NCBI GenBank assembly: GCA_035703635.1
Contig: DASSXV010000087.1
Coordinates: 1-64,000, forward strand
Length of the DNA: 64,000 bases
Origin: Trueperaceae bacterium
GTDB lineage: Bacteria; Deinococcota; Deinococci; Deinococcales; Trueperaceae
Direction: 5' to 3'
The notes under the pieces are model-generated. The model worked only from the letters and a program-made list of their open reading frames with translations. It did no database searches and had not been told where the DNA came from. Made by a program: the position numbers and the translations under genes. This document shows, piece by piece, positions 12,709-22,836 of the stretch; within the stretch, counting starts at the first letter, position 1, and each line of letters begins with the position of its first letter.

Positions 12709-13368
12709 ATGGCGGTTCCAACACGGGAATCAATGAAGGCACGTCGTGAACGCGCGCTAAGGGTGTTGACTTCACTAAAGGTCCTCTATCCTGACGCCCG
12801 TACCGAGCTAGACTTCTCCACACCTTTCGAACTCCTCATCGCGACCCTTCTGTCTGCACAGGCCACCGACGTGAGCGTTAATCTCGCTACCCCTGCGTTG
12901 TTCGCGGCATTTCCGACACCTGAGGCGATGGCGGAGGCCACCGCCGAGGCGGTAGAACCCTTCATCAAGTCCATCGGCCTTTACCGCACCAAAGCGAAGA
13001 ACTCTGTGGCGGCCGCTAAACTGCTAGTCGAACGTCACGGTGGCGCCGTACCAGGGACGATGGCGGAGCTAGTGGCCCTGCCGGGCGTTGGCCGCAAGAC
13101 TGCCAACGTGGTGCTCGCAAACGCGTTTGGAATCCCGACAATCGCCGTCGATACCCACGTTGGGCGACTTGCCCGGCGCTTGGGCTTCTCGAAACTCACA
13201 GATCCGGACAAGGTGGAGCTGGACCTGGCCAAGACGTTCCCGGAGAGTGAGTGGGTCTTCCTGCACCACGCACTGATCTTGCATGGGCGGCGCGTGTGCA
13301 CGGCACGCAAGCCCGACTGCACGCACTGCCCTCTGTGCGACGATTGCCCGTCATGCGGTCGATTGTGA
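12709..13368 (+). CDS. nth: Endonuclease III
   Basis: LLSAQATD, HhH motif LPGVGRKTANVV, AVDTHV, C-terminal 4Fe-4S Cys cluster; TAGCAT -10 hexamer 7 nt before ATG. Confidence 0.95.
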   Translation: MAVPTRESMKARRERALRVLTSLKVLYPDARTELDFSTPFELLIATLLSAQATDVSVNLATPALFAAFPTPEAMAEATAEAVEPFIKSIGLYRTKAKNSVAAAKLLVERHGGAVPGTMAELVALPGVGRKTANVVLANAFGIPTIAVDTHVGRLARRLGFSKLTDPDKVELDLAKTFPESEWVFLHHALILHGRRVCTARKPDCTHCPLCDDCPSCGRL

Positions 13369-13499
13369 CGCGTCTCATGGCGGCAGGGTGCCACGTGTTA
13401 AGCAAGCGGCCGCGGCCCGACTTGGCTGTTGCCTAGAGAATGTAGGCGAAAGTACCGCCACGCCCTCCAGGCCCCGCGAACGGCTGGTAGCGTGGACGC

Positions 13500-14573
13500 A
13501 TGATCGACGTAGCGATAATCGGCGCTGGCCCGATCGGCATCGAGGCAGCCATTCTGGCCAAACGGGCAGGGCTCGAGTACCTTGTCTTCGAAAAAGGCGC
13601 GGTGGTAGACGCCATCAGGCGCTACCCAACGAGCATGTTGTTCTTCACCACCTCTGAGCGCCTTGAAGTTGGCGGTCACCCGCTAGTTACTACCGGCGAT
13701 AAGCCTACCCGCAAGGAGGCGCTCGACTACTACCGCAAGGTCGTGGCCAACGAGGCTCTCGAGGTGCAAACGCACAGCCAGGTAACGAGAATCTCACCAA
13801 CTAGGTGTCCTGACGGCAGTAGCGCCTTCGATCTCAACGTCCGCCCGGCCGAAAGCTGGCGCCACGCACCCGCAAGCGCGGGGCGCACTGTTCGGGCGCG
13901 CTACGTCGTGGTGGCAACCGGCTACTTCGATAACCCCAAGTTACTGGGCGTGCCTGGCGAGGGCCTGCCCCACGTTTCGCACTACTACGACGAGGGCCAC
14001 GAGCACTACGGGCGCAACGTAGTCATCGTCGGCGCAGGTTCGAGTGCCGCAGACGCCGCGCTCGATCTTTACCGCGCCGGCGCCAAGGTAACGATCGTTC
14101 ACCGCGGTGATGACTTCCGGCACAGCCTCAAGTACTGGGTTAGGCCCAACCTCGAGAACCGCGTCAAAGAAGGCTCGATCCAGGCGCACTTCGAAGCCGT
14201 CGTCAAGGCCATCACGCCGCACGACGTCGTCGTCGCTCAGGCGGGGCAAGAGTTCCGCCTTCCGGCCGACCGGGTCTTCGCCTTAACCGGCTACTTCGCC
14301 CCACCAGAGTTGCTCACAGCGGCTGGAGTAACGGTCGATCCGAACACGCTCGCCGCCACCTTGAGCCCAGCAACATTCGAAAGCAACATTCCTGGCCTCT
14401 TCGTGGTGGGCTCCGCTGGATCCGGAACTCGCACGTCGGATGTCTTCATAGAGAACGGCCTCGTACACGCCAACATGGCACTCACGACCATCGCCAGCCG
14501 CCTGTCCAAGCTCAGCAGCGCCAAGCTAACGGCACCAGCCGCTAAACGGGCGGCCCTGGCCATCGAAGGCTGA
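13500..14573 (+). CDS. ypdA: YpdA-family putative bacillithiol disulfide reductase
   Basis: GAGPIG, YPTSMLFFTTSERLEVG, KPTRKEALDYY, ATGYFD, KYWVRP, FIENG. Confidence 0.9.
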   Translation: MIDVAIIGAGPIGIEAAILAKRAGLEYLVFEKGAVVDAIRRYPTSMLFFTTSERLEVGGHPLVTTGDKPTRKEALDYYRKVVANEALEVQTHSQVTRISPTRCPDGSSAFDLNVRPAESWRHAPASAGRTVRARYVVVATGYFDNPKLLGVPGEGLPHVSHYYDEGHEHYGRNVVIVGAGSSAADAALDLYRAGAKVTIVHRGDDFRHSLKYWVRPNLENRVKEGSIQAHFEAVVKAITPHDVVVAQAGQEFRLPADRVFALTGYFAPPELLTAAGVTVDPNTLAATLSPATFESNIPGLFVVGSAGSGTRTSDVFIENGLVHANMALTTIASRLSKLSSAKLTAPAAKRAALAIEG

Positions 14574-14631
14574 CGCCTAAGCCTCTCTATTGCCGTTCGG
14601 GGCGCTAGAATCGAGCTAGGAGGTCGGAGCA

Positions 14632-15234
14632 ATGAAGCAACGCGACCTGTTGATCGGACTCGGACTCATCGTGCTCGGCCTGCTATTCCTGGTCGGCCCT
14701 TCACTTGACCTCGCGCAGGTTGGGTGGCCATTCTTCGTGATCGTGCCCGGCGCTGCACTTCTGTTCCTAGCGTTCAGCATGCCTGGCACCAACAGTGGGC
14801 TCGCCATCCCAGGCGCGGTTCTAACTACCATCGGCCTCATCCTGCTGATCTTCTCCCTCAACGGTCATTGGCAGGGCTGGGCGTACGCTTGGGCTCTCAT
14901 CGTCGCGGCTTCAGGCCTCGGCACGTACATCCAAGGAAACCTCTCGGACAACGCCCAACTCCGTAGCAGCGGCATGCGTACCGCAATCTACGGCGTAGCC
15001 GGCTTCGTCATACTCGGCCTGTTCTTCGAGTTCCTGATCTTCGGTAGCCGCAGCAGCTTCGTCAGGTGGCTACTGCCGATCGGGCTGATAATCGCGGGTG
15101 CAATTATGCTCTACCTGAACACACGCAACCGCTCGAGCGGCGCACCGAAAGTCACCGCGCCAACACAGCCAACGACCCGAACCACCAGCACTAGCGTCAC
15201 CCCGCCGCCCAAGCGCGACCAGGAGCACGGCTGA
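14632..15234 (+). CDS. Multi-pass membrane protein (LiaF/DUF5668-like)
   Basis: AGGAGG RBS; several hydrophobic helices; WPFFVIVPG and WAYAWAL motifs. Confidence 0.7.
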   Translation: MKQRDLLIGLGLIVLGLLFLVGPSLDLAQVGWPFFVIVPGAALLFLAFSMPGTNSGLAIPGAVLTTIGLILLIFSLNGHWQGWAYAWALIVAASGLGTYIQGNLSDNAQLRSSGMRTAIYGVAGFVILGLFFEFLIFGSRSSFVRWLLPIGLIIAGAIMLYLNTRNRSSGAPKVTAPTQPTTRTTSTSVTPPPKRDQEHG

Positions 15235-15281
15235 GGCGTGCAGTCGACAAACCAAATGACGGCGCTCCCTGACTACCGAAT

Positions 15282-15310
15282 GGTGCGGCCCAGCACGAAC
15301 GGGCCGCACC
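15282..15310. terminator. Perfect 10-bp-stem hairpin without a U-tract
   Basis: GGTGCGGCCC-N9-GGGCCGCACC in the intergenic region. Confidence 0.35.
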
Positions 15311-15338
15311 CCAGCCACCAGCGGACCGCAGGTCGCAG

Positions 15339-17888
15339 ATGCGCCTGATCGTCACGCACGAACAACCCGACTTCGACGCCCTCGCCAGCCTCGCCCTCGC
15401 GAAGCTCCTCTTCCCCGGCTCTACGGCCACGATCCAGGGCGCACTTAGCCGCCAACTCAGCGCCTTCCTGCGCCTCTACCGGGACGAACTCGACCTCACG
15501 CCAGCCGATCAGCTCGATCAGGCAGCGGTAACTGAGCTCATAGTGGTTGACACCAACGACCCCGCCCGCATCAAGCCTTTCGATGCGCTCCTAGACCGTG
15601 TGCCCGTCACCGTCTACGACCACCATCCCCAAACGCCAGGCAGCATCGCGGCGGCGCGAGGCATCAGCGAACGCATCGGTGCAACGGCCACCCTTCTCAC
15701 CCGCGAACTCATGGCAACCGCCATCACCATCCCACCACCCGTGGCAACCCTCGCTCTACTAGCAATCCACGAGGACACCGGCAACCTGACCTTCGACCAA
15801 ACGAGCGCAGACGACTACCGCGCCGCCGCCCACCTCTGGGCGAGCGGTGCCAATCTCCAAGTCGTAAGGCGCTTCGCCCACACCACGCTCGATACCGACC
15901 AACAAGCCTTCCGCAGCGCCCTCCTCGCCAATACCGAACTGACGACCGTGGCAGGCAGGCAAGTAGCAGTCGCCGCATTCGAGTACCCCACGTACGTCGG
16001 CGGCGTCAGCGGCACAGTTAACGACCTACTAGACCTGTACGGCGCCGACGCGGCCATCGCTGCGGTGCGCATGGACTCACGCACCCTGGTGTTCGCTCGA
16101 AGCAACGAACGCTTCGACTGCGCAGCGGCCCTATCCGAAGCCATCGGCGGGGCCGGCCATCCAGGAGCAGCTTTCGGAAAGTCAGATGACGAGCCGCAAA
16201 CCGTACTCCAGCGCGTGCTGGAGGCCCTAGCGCACCACGCCGCCCCCGCGCTCACGGCACGCGACCTCATGAGCACCCCCGTTCGCAGCGTCCGCCACGA
16301 CACCACCGTCGCGGAAGCCACGGACAGGCTCCTCCTCTTCGGGCACAACGGCATGCCAGTGCTAGACGACAGCGGGCGAGTCCTCGGCGTCGTATCCCGC
16401 CGCGACCTCGACCGCGCCAACCGCCTCGGCCTCACCAACTCGTCAGTAAGCGGCTTCATGACACGAGAAGTCATCAGTGCCTCACCCACGGCCACGCTCC
16501 CAGAACTCGAGGGGTTAGTCCTCGACCACAACATCGGACGCATACCCATCGTGCAGGACGGGCGGCTGACTGGCATCGTCACCCGCACCGACCTCATCGG
16601 CGCACGCCACCAGAGCGCGGGCGCAACGGACCTCGCCAGTCGGCTGCTGCAACGCCTGCCGACCAGCGTGAAGCGCGTGCTCGACCAGGCAGCCGCCACC
16701 GCGGCTGGCAAGCCGCTGTACCTGGTGGGCGGAACGGTCCGCGACCTCATGCTAGGAGCAGGCGTCAAAGACATAGACCTAGTCGTTGAGGGCGAGACGG
16801 CCGAACGCTTCGGCACCCGCCTCCAGGCCAACATCGGTGGCACGCTCGCCTGCCATGTCGACTTCGGCACCTGCACGCTCGCGCTAGAGGACGGCGTCGT
16901 GCTCGACCTTGCCACCGCCCGCGAGGAGACGTACGCCCGTCCAGGGGTGCTACCCGCAGTGACGCCCAGCTCACTACGCAAGGACCTCGCCCGCCGCGAT
17001 TTCAGCGTCAACGCACTTGCGCTCAGGCTCCAGCCCCTCCCCCACCAACTGATCGACCCGTTCGGCGGAGCGGCCGACCTGGAAGCACGGCAGCTGCGCG
17101 TGCTGCACCCGCTCTCGTTCGTAGAAGACCCAACGCGGATTCTGCGCGGTGCGCGCCTAGCGGGCCGACTGGGGTTCCACTTCGAGCGCGGCACGGGCTC
17201 GCAAGCCAACGCAGCTCTCGACCAACGCTTCCTAGGGAACGTCAGCCGCTCACGACTGCGTGCCGAGCTCGAGATAACCCTCGACGAACCGCGAGTCGCC
17301 CCGGCCATTGGGATTCTCACCGAACTGCACGCCTTGGAGGCCATGTTCGGCCTACCACGTGCAACAGGGCAACTCGACCCGCTGACCCTCACCGCTAACC
17401 TAGATGTGTTACGCGAAGCGAACGCCGTGCCAAGCGAGGCGTACCTCCTCGCGCTCTTCATCGGCGTGCCCACACCAGACCTGACCGCCCACCTTCAAGA
17501 GTTCAACTGGCCGCGCCGCCACCACACGAACATCGAGCGCCTCCACAAGATCATCGACCCCGACCTTAGGCCGAGGCATAAAGGGCGGCCGGAGGCGCTA
17601 CGCGACGAAGACCTCGAGGCGCTCGATCCGCCTGCCCGGTGGCTATTACGCGTCATCGACCCCGAGTTGGCGCTGCGCGTCGAACGCCTCGAGACCGCGC
17701 CGCCCCAGCGGAGGCTCCGCGGTAGCGATGTGGTAGCTTTGGGGCTGCTGCCGGGACCTCGCGTCGGCCGCGTGCTGGACGAGGTCGCTCGTGCTCGCGC
17801 CGAGCGCGAGGTGGCCTCCTTCGAAGAAGAACTCGACCTAGCGAAGCGGTTGATAAACGAACAACGCAACGCCGGCGGTCTGGAGTAA
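15339..17888 (+). CDS. tRNA nucleotidyltransferase with DHH-DHHA1-CBS N-terminus (probably A-adding)
   Basis: THEQPDFDA, YDHH, EDTG, CBS pair, VGGTVRD, DIDLVV, AREETY loop, DLARRDFSVNA, EDPTRILR. Confidence 0.9.
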   Translation: MRLIVTHEQPDFDALASLALAKLLFPGSTATIQGALSRQLSAFLRLYRDELDLTPADQLDQAAVTELIVVDTNDPARIKPFDALLDRVPVTVYDHHPQTPGSIAAARGISERIGATATLLTRELMATAITIPPPVATLALLAIHEDTGNLTFDQTSADDYRAAAHLWASGANLQVVRRFAHTTLDTDQQAFRSALLANTELTTVAGRQVAVAAFEYPTYVGGVSGTVNDLLDLYGADAAIAAVRMDSRTLVFARSNERFDCAAALSEAIGGAGHPGAAFGKSDDEPQTVLQRVLEALAHHAAPALTARDLMSTPVRSVRHDTTVAEATDRLLLFGHNGMPVLDDSGRVLGVVSRRDLDRANRLGLTNSSVSGFMTREVISASPTATLPELEGLVLDHNIGRIPIVQDGRLTGIVTRTDLIGARHQSAGATDLASRLLQRLPTSVKRVLDQAAATAAGKPLYLVGGTVRDLMLGAGVKDIDLVVEGETAERFGTRLQANIGGTLACHVDFGTCTLALEDGVVLDLATAREETYARPGVLPAVTPSSLRKDLARRDFSVNALALRLQPLPHQLIDPFGGAADLEARQLRVLHPLSFVEDPTRILRGARLAGRLGFHFERGTGSQANAALDQRFLGNVSRSRLRAELEITLDEPRVAPAIGILTELHALEAMFGLPRATGQLDPLTLTANLDVLREANAVPSEAYLLALFIGVPTPDLTAHLQEFNWPRRHHTNIERLHKIIDPDLRPRHKGRPEALRDEDLEALDPPARWLLRVIDPELALRVERLETAPPQRRLRGSDVVALGLLPGPRVGRVLDEVARARAEREVASFEEELDLAKRLINEQRNAGGLE

Positions 17889-17892
17889 CCCC

Positions 17893-18525
17893 ATGTTCTT
17901 GAGGCTCATCAGCCAACCAACCGCCCTAGTCATCGCCGCCATCGTGATGATCATGGCGCTCATCCTCCACAACATCGTGCAGGCGCTGGTGGCTGACCGC
18001 CTAGGTGACCGCAGCCCGCGCCTAGCGGGCTTCGCTGCCTTCGATCCGCAACGCCAACTCGACCCCTTCGGAGTGCTCTTCCTCCTCCTGCTCGGCTTCG
18101 GCTGGCCGCGAGCAGTACCAGTCAACTCCCGCAACTACCGCGGGCGGGGCCGCGCAGAGGCCTGGGTGTGGCTGTCCGGCATCGGTGCTTACCTCGCCGT
18201 AGCCTTCGTCAGCCTCCTGCTGGGCGCCATCTTCCGCGCACTGAACAGCCCCATCCTCGTGTTCTCGTTCGAGGTTGCGGCCAGTTACGCCGTGCTGCAT
18301 GCCGTGATCAACCTCTTCCCGCTGCTGCCCCTAGACATGGGCCGCGCAGCGCTTGCGTGGGGTCACCCAGACGTGCGCCGCGTGATCATGCAGTTGGCGC
18401 AGTTCGGCGTGCTCGGCTTCATGGTCTTCTTCTTCGTGCTCAACGCAACCGGCGTGGTCGGGCGTTTGATGTTCCTCGTAGAGAGCCTGTTCTCCCGCAT
18501 CATCGGACTCATCCCAGGGCTGTAA
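17893..18525 (+). CDS. Site-2 protease (M50) family membrane protein with degenerate zinc motif
   Basis: ADRLGD, GFGWPRAVPVN, NLFPLLPLD; the HExxH position reads HNIVQ. Confidence 0.8.
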   Translation: MFLRLISQPTALVIAAIVMIMALILHNIVQALVADRLGDRSPRLAGFAAFDPQRQLDPFGVLFLLLLGFGWPRAVPVNSRNYRGRGRAEAWVWLSGIGAYLAVAFVSLLLGAIFRALNSPILVFSFEVAASYAVLHAVINLFPLLPLDMGRAALAWGHPDVRRVIMQLAQFGVLGFMVFFFVLNATGVVGRLMFLVESLFSRIIGLIPGL

Positions 18526-18546
18526 GCGGTAGCCAACCGCCAGAAG

Positions 18547-20598
18547 TCAGGCGTTGGTTTCGGCTGCCACGTGCCGGTCGCGAACGTCAACGATCATCTG
18601 CACTAGCGGCGCATAAGCCTCGAACGTCTCGAGCAAGCGCCCGGCAGGGTCGAACTTACGGATGAGGTGCCCGCCGCGCCGCGCCGCGTAGAGGTAGCCG
18701 GAGTCGTCAACGCCAAGGTCGACGAGCGTATCCGTGGCCTCGCCCTGCCGCGCCTCGAGGGTGAAAGACACCCCGACCTTGCCGTCCGCAGTCACCTTGC
18801 GCACCTTGCCTGCGCTGGCGTCGGAGATGTACACGTTACTAGCGTCATCGACCGCCATGCCGTCAAGCAACCTGAGACCAGGCTGCTCGGCCGAGACCTT
18901 GAAGGCCCAGCGCGTCTGATAATCACCGTCGGCGCTGAGGCGCTGCACTTGCCTGTTCCCGTAATCCAGGACGTACACGTTCCCACGCGGGTCAACGCTC
19001 AAGTCACGCGGGTCGTTGAAGGTGCCGTGGCCCTTGCCGCGCCCGCCGAAGGCAGCGATGTAACGACCGTCGTTGCTGAAGCGCGAGACCATGTGCGTCT
19101 CACTGTCGAGCACGTACACCGTGTCGTCCGGCGCCACGGCCAGGGCCACCGGGTAGAGGAACTCGCCGGGCTGCATGCCGTAAGGCCCGAACGACAACTT
19201 GGTGCTCCCGTCCGGCGCGAGCTTGTGAATCATCTTGTGCGCCTGCTGCCCAACGCGGTACTCGAAGATCGCCGCGAACACGTCCCCGCCGGAATCGACG
19301 CTCACCGATAGCGGCGCAGCCGAGAAGTTGCCTGGTCCGACCCCGATGTCGCCGATGGACGTATGCAAGTTGCCTTCCGGGTCGAGGATGCGGAGCACTC
19401 CCTGGCGGGCGGAGACCGTGATGAGCAGGCGCGTAGGTAGGTTGCCTGACTCGTCGACGTCGAGGTCAACCGTCTGCAGCGTGTCGTAAACCTCGTCGAG
19501 CGTCGGGCGCTCATCCGGGTCCTTGGCGATCATGCGCATGACCAACTGATCGAGCGCCTTCGGCACGCGCAAGTCCACCTGCCTCGGCGGGGGCGGCGTC
19601 TGGAAGATCTGCTGGTGGACGATGGCCTCGTAGCCGCCCTTGAAGGCCGTTTGGCCAGTAAGCATCTCGTAGAACACGAGCCCGAGGGAGTAGATGTCGG
19701 ACCGGTGATCGATCTTTAGACCGCGGGCCTGCTCAGGCGACATGTAGACGGGCGTGCCCACGCGCGCGCCGGTCATGGTCAGGCGTGAGAGGACCTTGCC
19801 ACCCGCGATACCGAAGTCCATGAGCTTGACGGCGTCTGGCTTCAGCCTGCCGCCTGGCGCGCCGTCTGCCGCTTGAATGCCACCGCGCGTGATCATGACG
19901 TTGGCCGGCTTGATGTCGCGGTGGATGATGCCGGAGGAATGAATGTGCTGCAACGCCCGCACGACGAGCTGCATGATCTCCACGGCCAGAGGGGTATCAA
20001 GCTCGTGGCCCTCGATGTAACCCTCTAGTGAGCGCCCATCGACGAACTCCATGACCATGTAGTGCTGCACCCCAACGGCGCCGTGCTCGAACGTGCGAAC
20101 GATGTTCGTGTGGTTGAGGCGCTGCGCCACCTCGGCCTCACGGTGGAACCGCCGGATGAACTTGGCGTCCGCAACGTACTGCTCCATAGGGATCTTGAGC
20201 GCGACGACCTGGCCATCGGACAGTCGCCGGGCGCGGTAAACGCTCGCCATGCCACCGGAACCGACCTTCTCGAGCAGCGAGTAGCCTGGCACGTCTGCCG
20301 CGTCGAACTGCGGTGTCGCGCCGCCAGCTCCACCACCCCTGACCTCAGAGGCGGGGCGCCGCCTACGGCTAGCTGGCGCCACGCGGCTGCTCTTGGCGAC
20401 CTGCACCGTTGCAGGCACGAGCAGCCCGAGGGCGAGCACGGCAAGGATGATGGGGGCCAGCGCCCTGTCTGCGCCGCCGAGCCACAGCACAGCCATGGTG
20501 AGCAGCACGGCAACGGAGAGGAGCGCGCCGAGCAACCAAGCGGGCGCGCGCAGCAGTAGCGCCACCAACACGGCGCCGACGACCCACAAGACGATCAT
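18547..20598 (-). CDS. Membrane-anchored Hanks-type Ser/Thr kinase with C-terminal NHL repeats
   Basis: N-terminal TM helices; GSGGMASVY, VALK, HRDIKPAN, DFG, GTPVYMSPEQ; NHL repeats; ATG overlaps the PP2C stop. Confidence 0.92.
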   Translation of the reverse strand: MIVLWVVGAVLVALLLRAPAWLLGALLSVAVLLTMAVLWLGGADRALAPIILAVLALGLLVPATVQVAKSSRVAPASRRRRPASEVRGGGAGGATPQFDAADVPGYSLLEKVGSGGMASVYRARRLSDGQVVALKIPMEQYVADAKFIRRFHREAEVAQRLNHTNIVRTFEHGAVGVQHYMVMEFVDGRSLEGYIEGHELDTPLAVEIMQLVVRALQHIHSSGIIHRDIKPANVMITRGGIQAADGAPGGRLKPDAVKLMDFGIAGGKVLSRLTMTGARVGTPVYMSPEQARGLKIDHRSDIYSLGLVFYEMLTGQTAFKGGYEAIVHQQIFQTPPPPRQVDLRVPKALDQLVMRMIAKDPDERPTLDEVYDTLQTVDLDVDESGNLPTRLLITVSARQGVLRILDPEGNLHTSIGDIGVGPGNFSAAPLSVSVDSGGDVFAAIFEYRVGQQAHKMIHKLAPDGSTKLSFGPYGMQPGEFLYPVALAVAPDDTVYVLDSETHMVSRFSNDGRYIAAFGGRGKGHGTFNDPRDLSVDPRGNVYVLDYGNRQVQRLSADGDYQTRWAFKVSAEQPGLRLLDGMAVDDASNVYISDASAGKVRKVTADGKVGVSFTLEARQGEATDTLVDLGVDDSGYLYAARRGGHLIRKFDPAGRLLETFEAYAPLVQMIVDVRDRHVAAETNA

Positions 20599-21362
20599 GC
20601 GTCCACCCCGAAAACGATCATGGTGATGTTGTCCGGACCGCCACGCTCGTTGGCCAAAGCGATGAGCACTTCGACGTTCAGCTGCCTGTCCGCGTTGCTC
20701 TGGATCTCTGCGAGGATCTCCTCCGGCTTGACAAGCCCGTGGAGGCCATCCGTCGACAGGACCAGCACGTCGCCGCTTTGGACCTCGAGCTCGATGACGT
20801 CGGGCGCCACTTGTGGGCGCGTGCCGAGCACCCGCGTAATGAGATTGCGCCACTCATGGTTCTCGGCCTCGGCCTCGTTGAGCAGACCCTTCTCGAGTTG
20901 CTCCTCGACCCACGAGTGGTCCTTCGTCAACTGGTAGATCTTGCTGCCACGCACGAGGAAAGCGCGCGAGTCGCCGACGTGCCCCAAGTAGGCGCGGCGC
21001 TTCAGGATGGCAACGCACGTGAGGGTGCTGCCCATGCCGCGCCGGTTCGGCTGCCTTATCGCTGCGGCGTAAACGCGCCGGTTGGCCAAGCGCATCGCCT
21101 TGTCTATCAGGCTGCCGATGCCAACGACTGGTCGGTTGCTGCGCGCCTCCTCCGCGTAACGCGAGAAGGACTCGTCGAGCACCTCGGTGGCTAGCTTGCT
21201 GGCAACTTCTCCTGCTGCCGCACCGCCCATACCGTCCGCCACCGCGAGCAACGTCAAGTCGCCGCCTTCCAGCGGGAACCGCCACACACGGTGAAAATCC
21301 TCGTTGAACGGCCTGACTCGCCCTACGTCGGAGCCGTGGCCTACGTTGTGACCGAGACGCAC
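20595..21362 (-). CDS. PP2C-family Ser/Thr phosphatase
   Basis: GRVRPFNED, VADGMGG, GMGSTLT, HVGDSRA, STDGL, GGPDNIT. Confidence 0.95.
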   Translation of the reverse strand: MRLGHNVGHGSDVGRVRPFNEDFHRVWRFPLEGGDLTLLAVADGMGGAAAGEVASKLATEVLDESFSRYAEEARSNRPVVGIGSLIDKAMRLANRRVYAAAIRQPNRRGMGSTLTCVAILKRRAYLGHVGDSRAFLVRGSKIYQLTKDHSWVEEQLEKGLLNEAEAENHEWRNLITRVLGTRPQVAPDVIELEVQSGDVLVLSTDGLHGLVKPEEILAEIQSNADRQLNVEVLIALANERGGPDNITMIVFGVDA

Positions 21363-21396
21363 GCCCCGAGTCTACATTGTGCAGCCACGCTAGGGT

Positions 21397-22029
21397 TCAG
21401 TTGCCTTTCGTGCGCGGGCGGCGCACGGTCTGCAAGTACGGATAACGCTCGAGCATGCGGCGCACGTCCTGGAACAGGGCGACGCCCTCGGCCACGCCGT
21501 TAGGCACCTCCTGCAGGCGCAAGTATGCGCTCTGGCCACCCGGGAACACGAGCGTCGGCGTTCCGAAGATGTCGTGGGACGCAGCGCGCATGTGGTCTTG
21601 CGCCAACACCGTGCGCCCCTCCGGGTTGGCAAGGTCGTGCTCGAAGCGCGCTAGGTCAAGGCCGACCTCGCGCGCCACACCGGTTACGGTCGCGTAATCG
21701 TACGGCTGGTAACGCGCGTGGTTGGCGCGCTGCAAGGCGAGGCGGAACGCACCATGAGCCTCCGGCCCCTGCTTGCGGGCGGCGGAGGAAGCTAGGAACG
21801 GCAGTAGCCCCTTGCATCCCGACCTATCGGCGTGGTCGAGGGGTTCGTTCCAAAGTTGCCAGTCCTGCCCTCGCCCCGCCGCCGTACTCGCGTGCTCGCT
21901 CTGGAAGAGGGAGAAGTGCTCCCACGACACGTCTAGGTTCAGCGGCTCGCTGATTAGGTCGATGAGTTCCGCGACGCGCCACGAGTATGGGCACACGTAA
22001 TCGAAGTAGACCTGAACCCGCTCGCGCAT
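21397..22029 (-). CDS. DsbA-like thioredoxin-fold protein
   Basis: FDYVCPYSW and IFGTPT. Confidence 0.8.
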   Translation of the reverse strand: MRERVQVYFDYVCPYSWRVAELIDLISEPLNLDVSWEHFSLFQSEHASTAAGRGQDWQLWNEPLDHADRSGCKGLLPFLASSAARKQGPEAHGAFRLALQRANHARYQPYDYATVTGVAREVGLDLARFEHDLANPEGRTVLAQDHMRAASHDIFGTPTLVFPGGQSAYLRLQEVPNGVAEGVALFQDVRRMLERYPYLQTVRRPRTKGN

Positions 22030-22095
22030 GCGGCCATTGCATCATCGAGGCGGGCGCTCTTGGGTAGCCGCGGACACAGCGCCCGGCATTGCGGT

Positions 22096-22401
22096 CTAGT
22101 TCGAGTCGGAGCCATCTTCGTCAGTAGCGAGCCTTGGGAGCGCGTTGTCGTCACGTGCCTGCGGCTCGGCTATCGCGCCGAAACGCGCCTCGTAGCGGCG
22201 GATGTTGTCCTCCAAGCTGCGAAGGAGCGCTTTAGCGTGGCGCGGGCTCGTCACTAGCCGCGCCGTCACGACCGGCTGCTGACCAGGCATGACCAGCACG
22301 AAGTCGAGGAGGAACTCGTCCGGGGTGTGCGCGATAACGGCGCCGTTCGTCGGCCTGCCTCTGGCTGTCTCCTTGTCGATCTCGAACTTCAGGGGGTTCA
22401 T
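22096..22401 (-). CDS. DUF3467-family protein
   Basis: N.AVIAHTPDEFLLDF, RLVTSPRHAKALL..LEDNIRRYEARFGAI. Confidence 0.85.
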   Translation of the reverse strand: MNPLKFEIDKETARGRPTNGAVIAHTPDEFLLDFVLVMPGQQPVVTARLVTSPRHAKALLRSLEDNIRRYEARFGAIAEPQARDDNALPRLATDEDGSDSN

Positions 22402-22440
22402 GCCCCTAGGCTAACCGCGGGTGGCCTGTCGGGTGAGACC

Positions 22441-22836
22441 TCAGGCGCCAGCCGCCAGCTTCTCGAACCGCGAGAGTAGCCCCTTGACGGCCAGGCGCGC
22501 CCTACCTAAATCAGCGTCGCTCGCCACGCCGACCACGACTACGCGGTCGCTGTTGCTCAACGGCACGAACAGCAGCGGGCCAGTGTCGAGGTTGAGCATG
22601 ACCTGCTTCGGTCGCTCCAACTCGGCAACTCCGTCCTCGACAGGCACGAGTTCGCCGAGGGCGGTGGCCGCGGCCAGCGCGCTCGTTAGCACCTTGGCTG
22701 CGCGCTCGAGCATGGCACCATCTCGGCTGCGGCTAGCCACCAAGTCACCAGCGCCATCGACTAGCGCGGCCAACGTAGCGCCCCTGACACCCAGCAGCTC
22801 GTCTAGAGCATTGCCGATCTCGACGCTCTCTGTCAC
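22441..22836 (-). CDS. Roadblock/LC7-like protein
   Basis: About 130 aa; LDELLGVRGATLAALVD, ADLGRARL; GTG start overlaps the upstream stop. Confidence 0.65.
   Translation of the reverse strand: MTESVEIGNALDELLGVRGATLAALVDGAGDLVASRSRDGAMLERAAKVLTSALAAATALGELVPVEDGVAELERPKQVMLNLDTGPLLFVPLSNSDRVVVVGVASDADLGRARLAVKGLLSRFEKLAAGA

Noticed and set aside
20599-20853. N-terminal extension of the kinase, and similar extensions of the ABC ATPase (36190-36642), lipase (52963-53271) and ftsE (58885-59085)
   Set aside because: Each overlaps a real neighbouring gene; downstream starts fit coupling or family N-termini, so they are not fusions.
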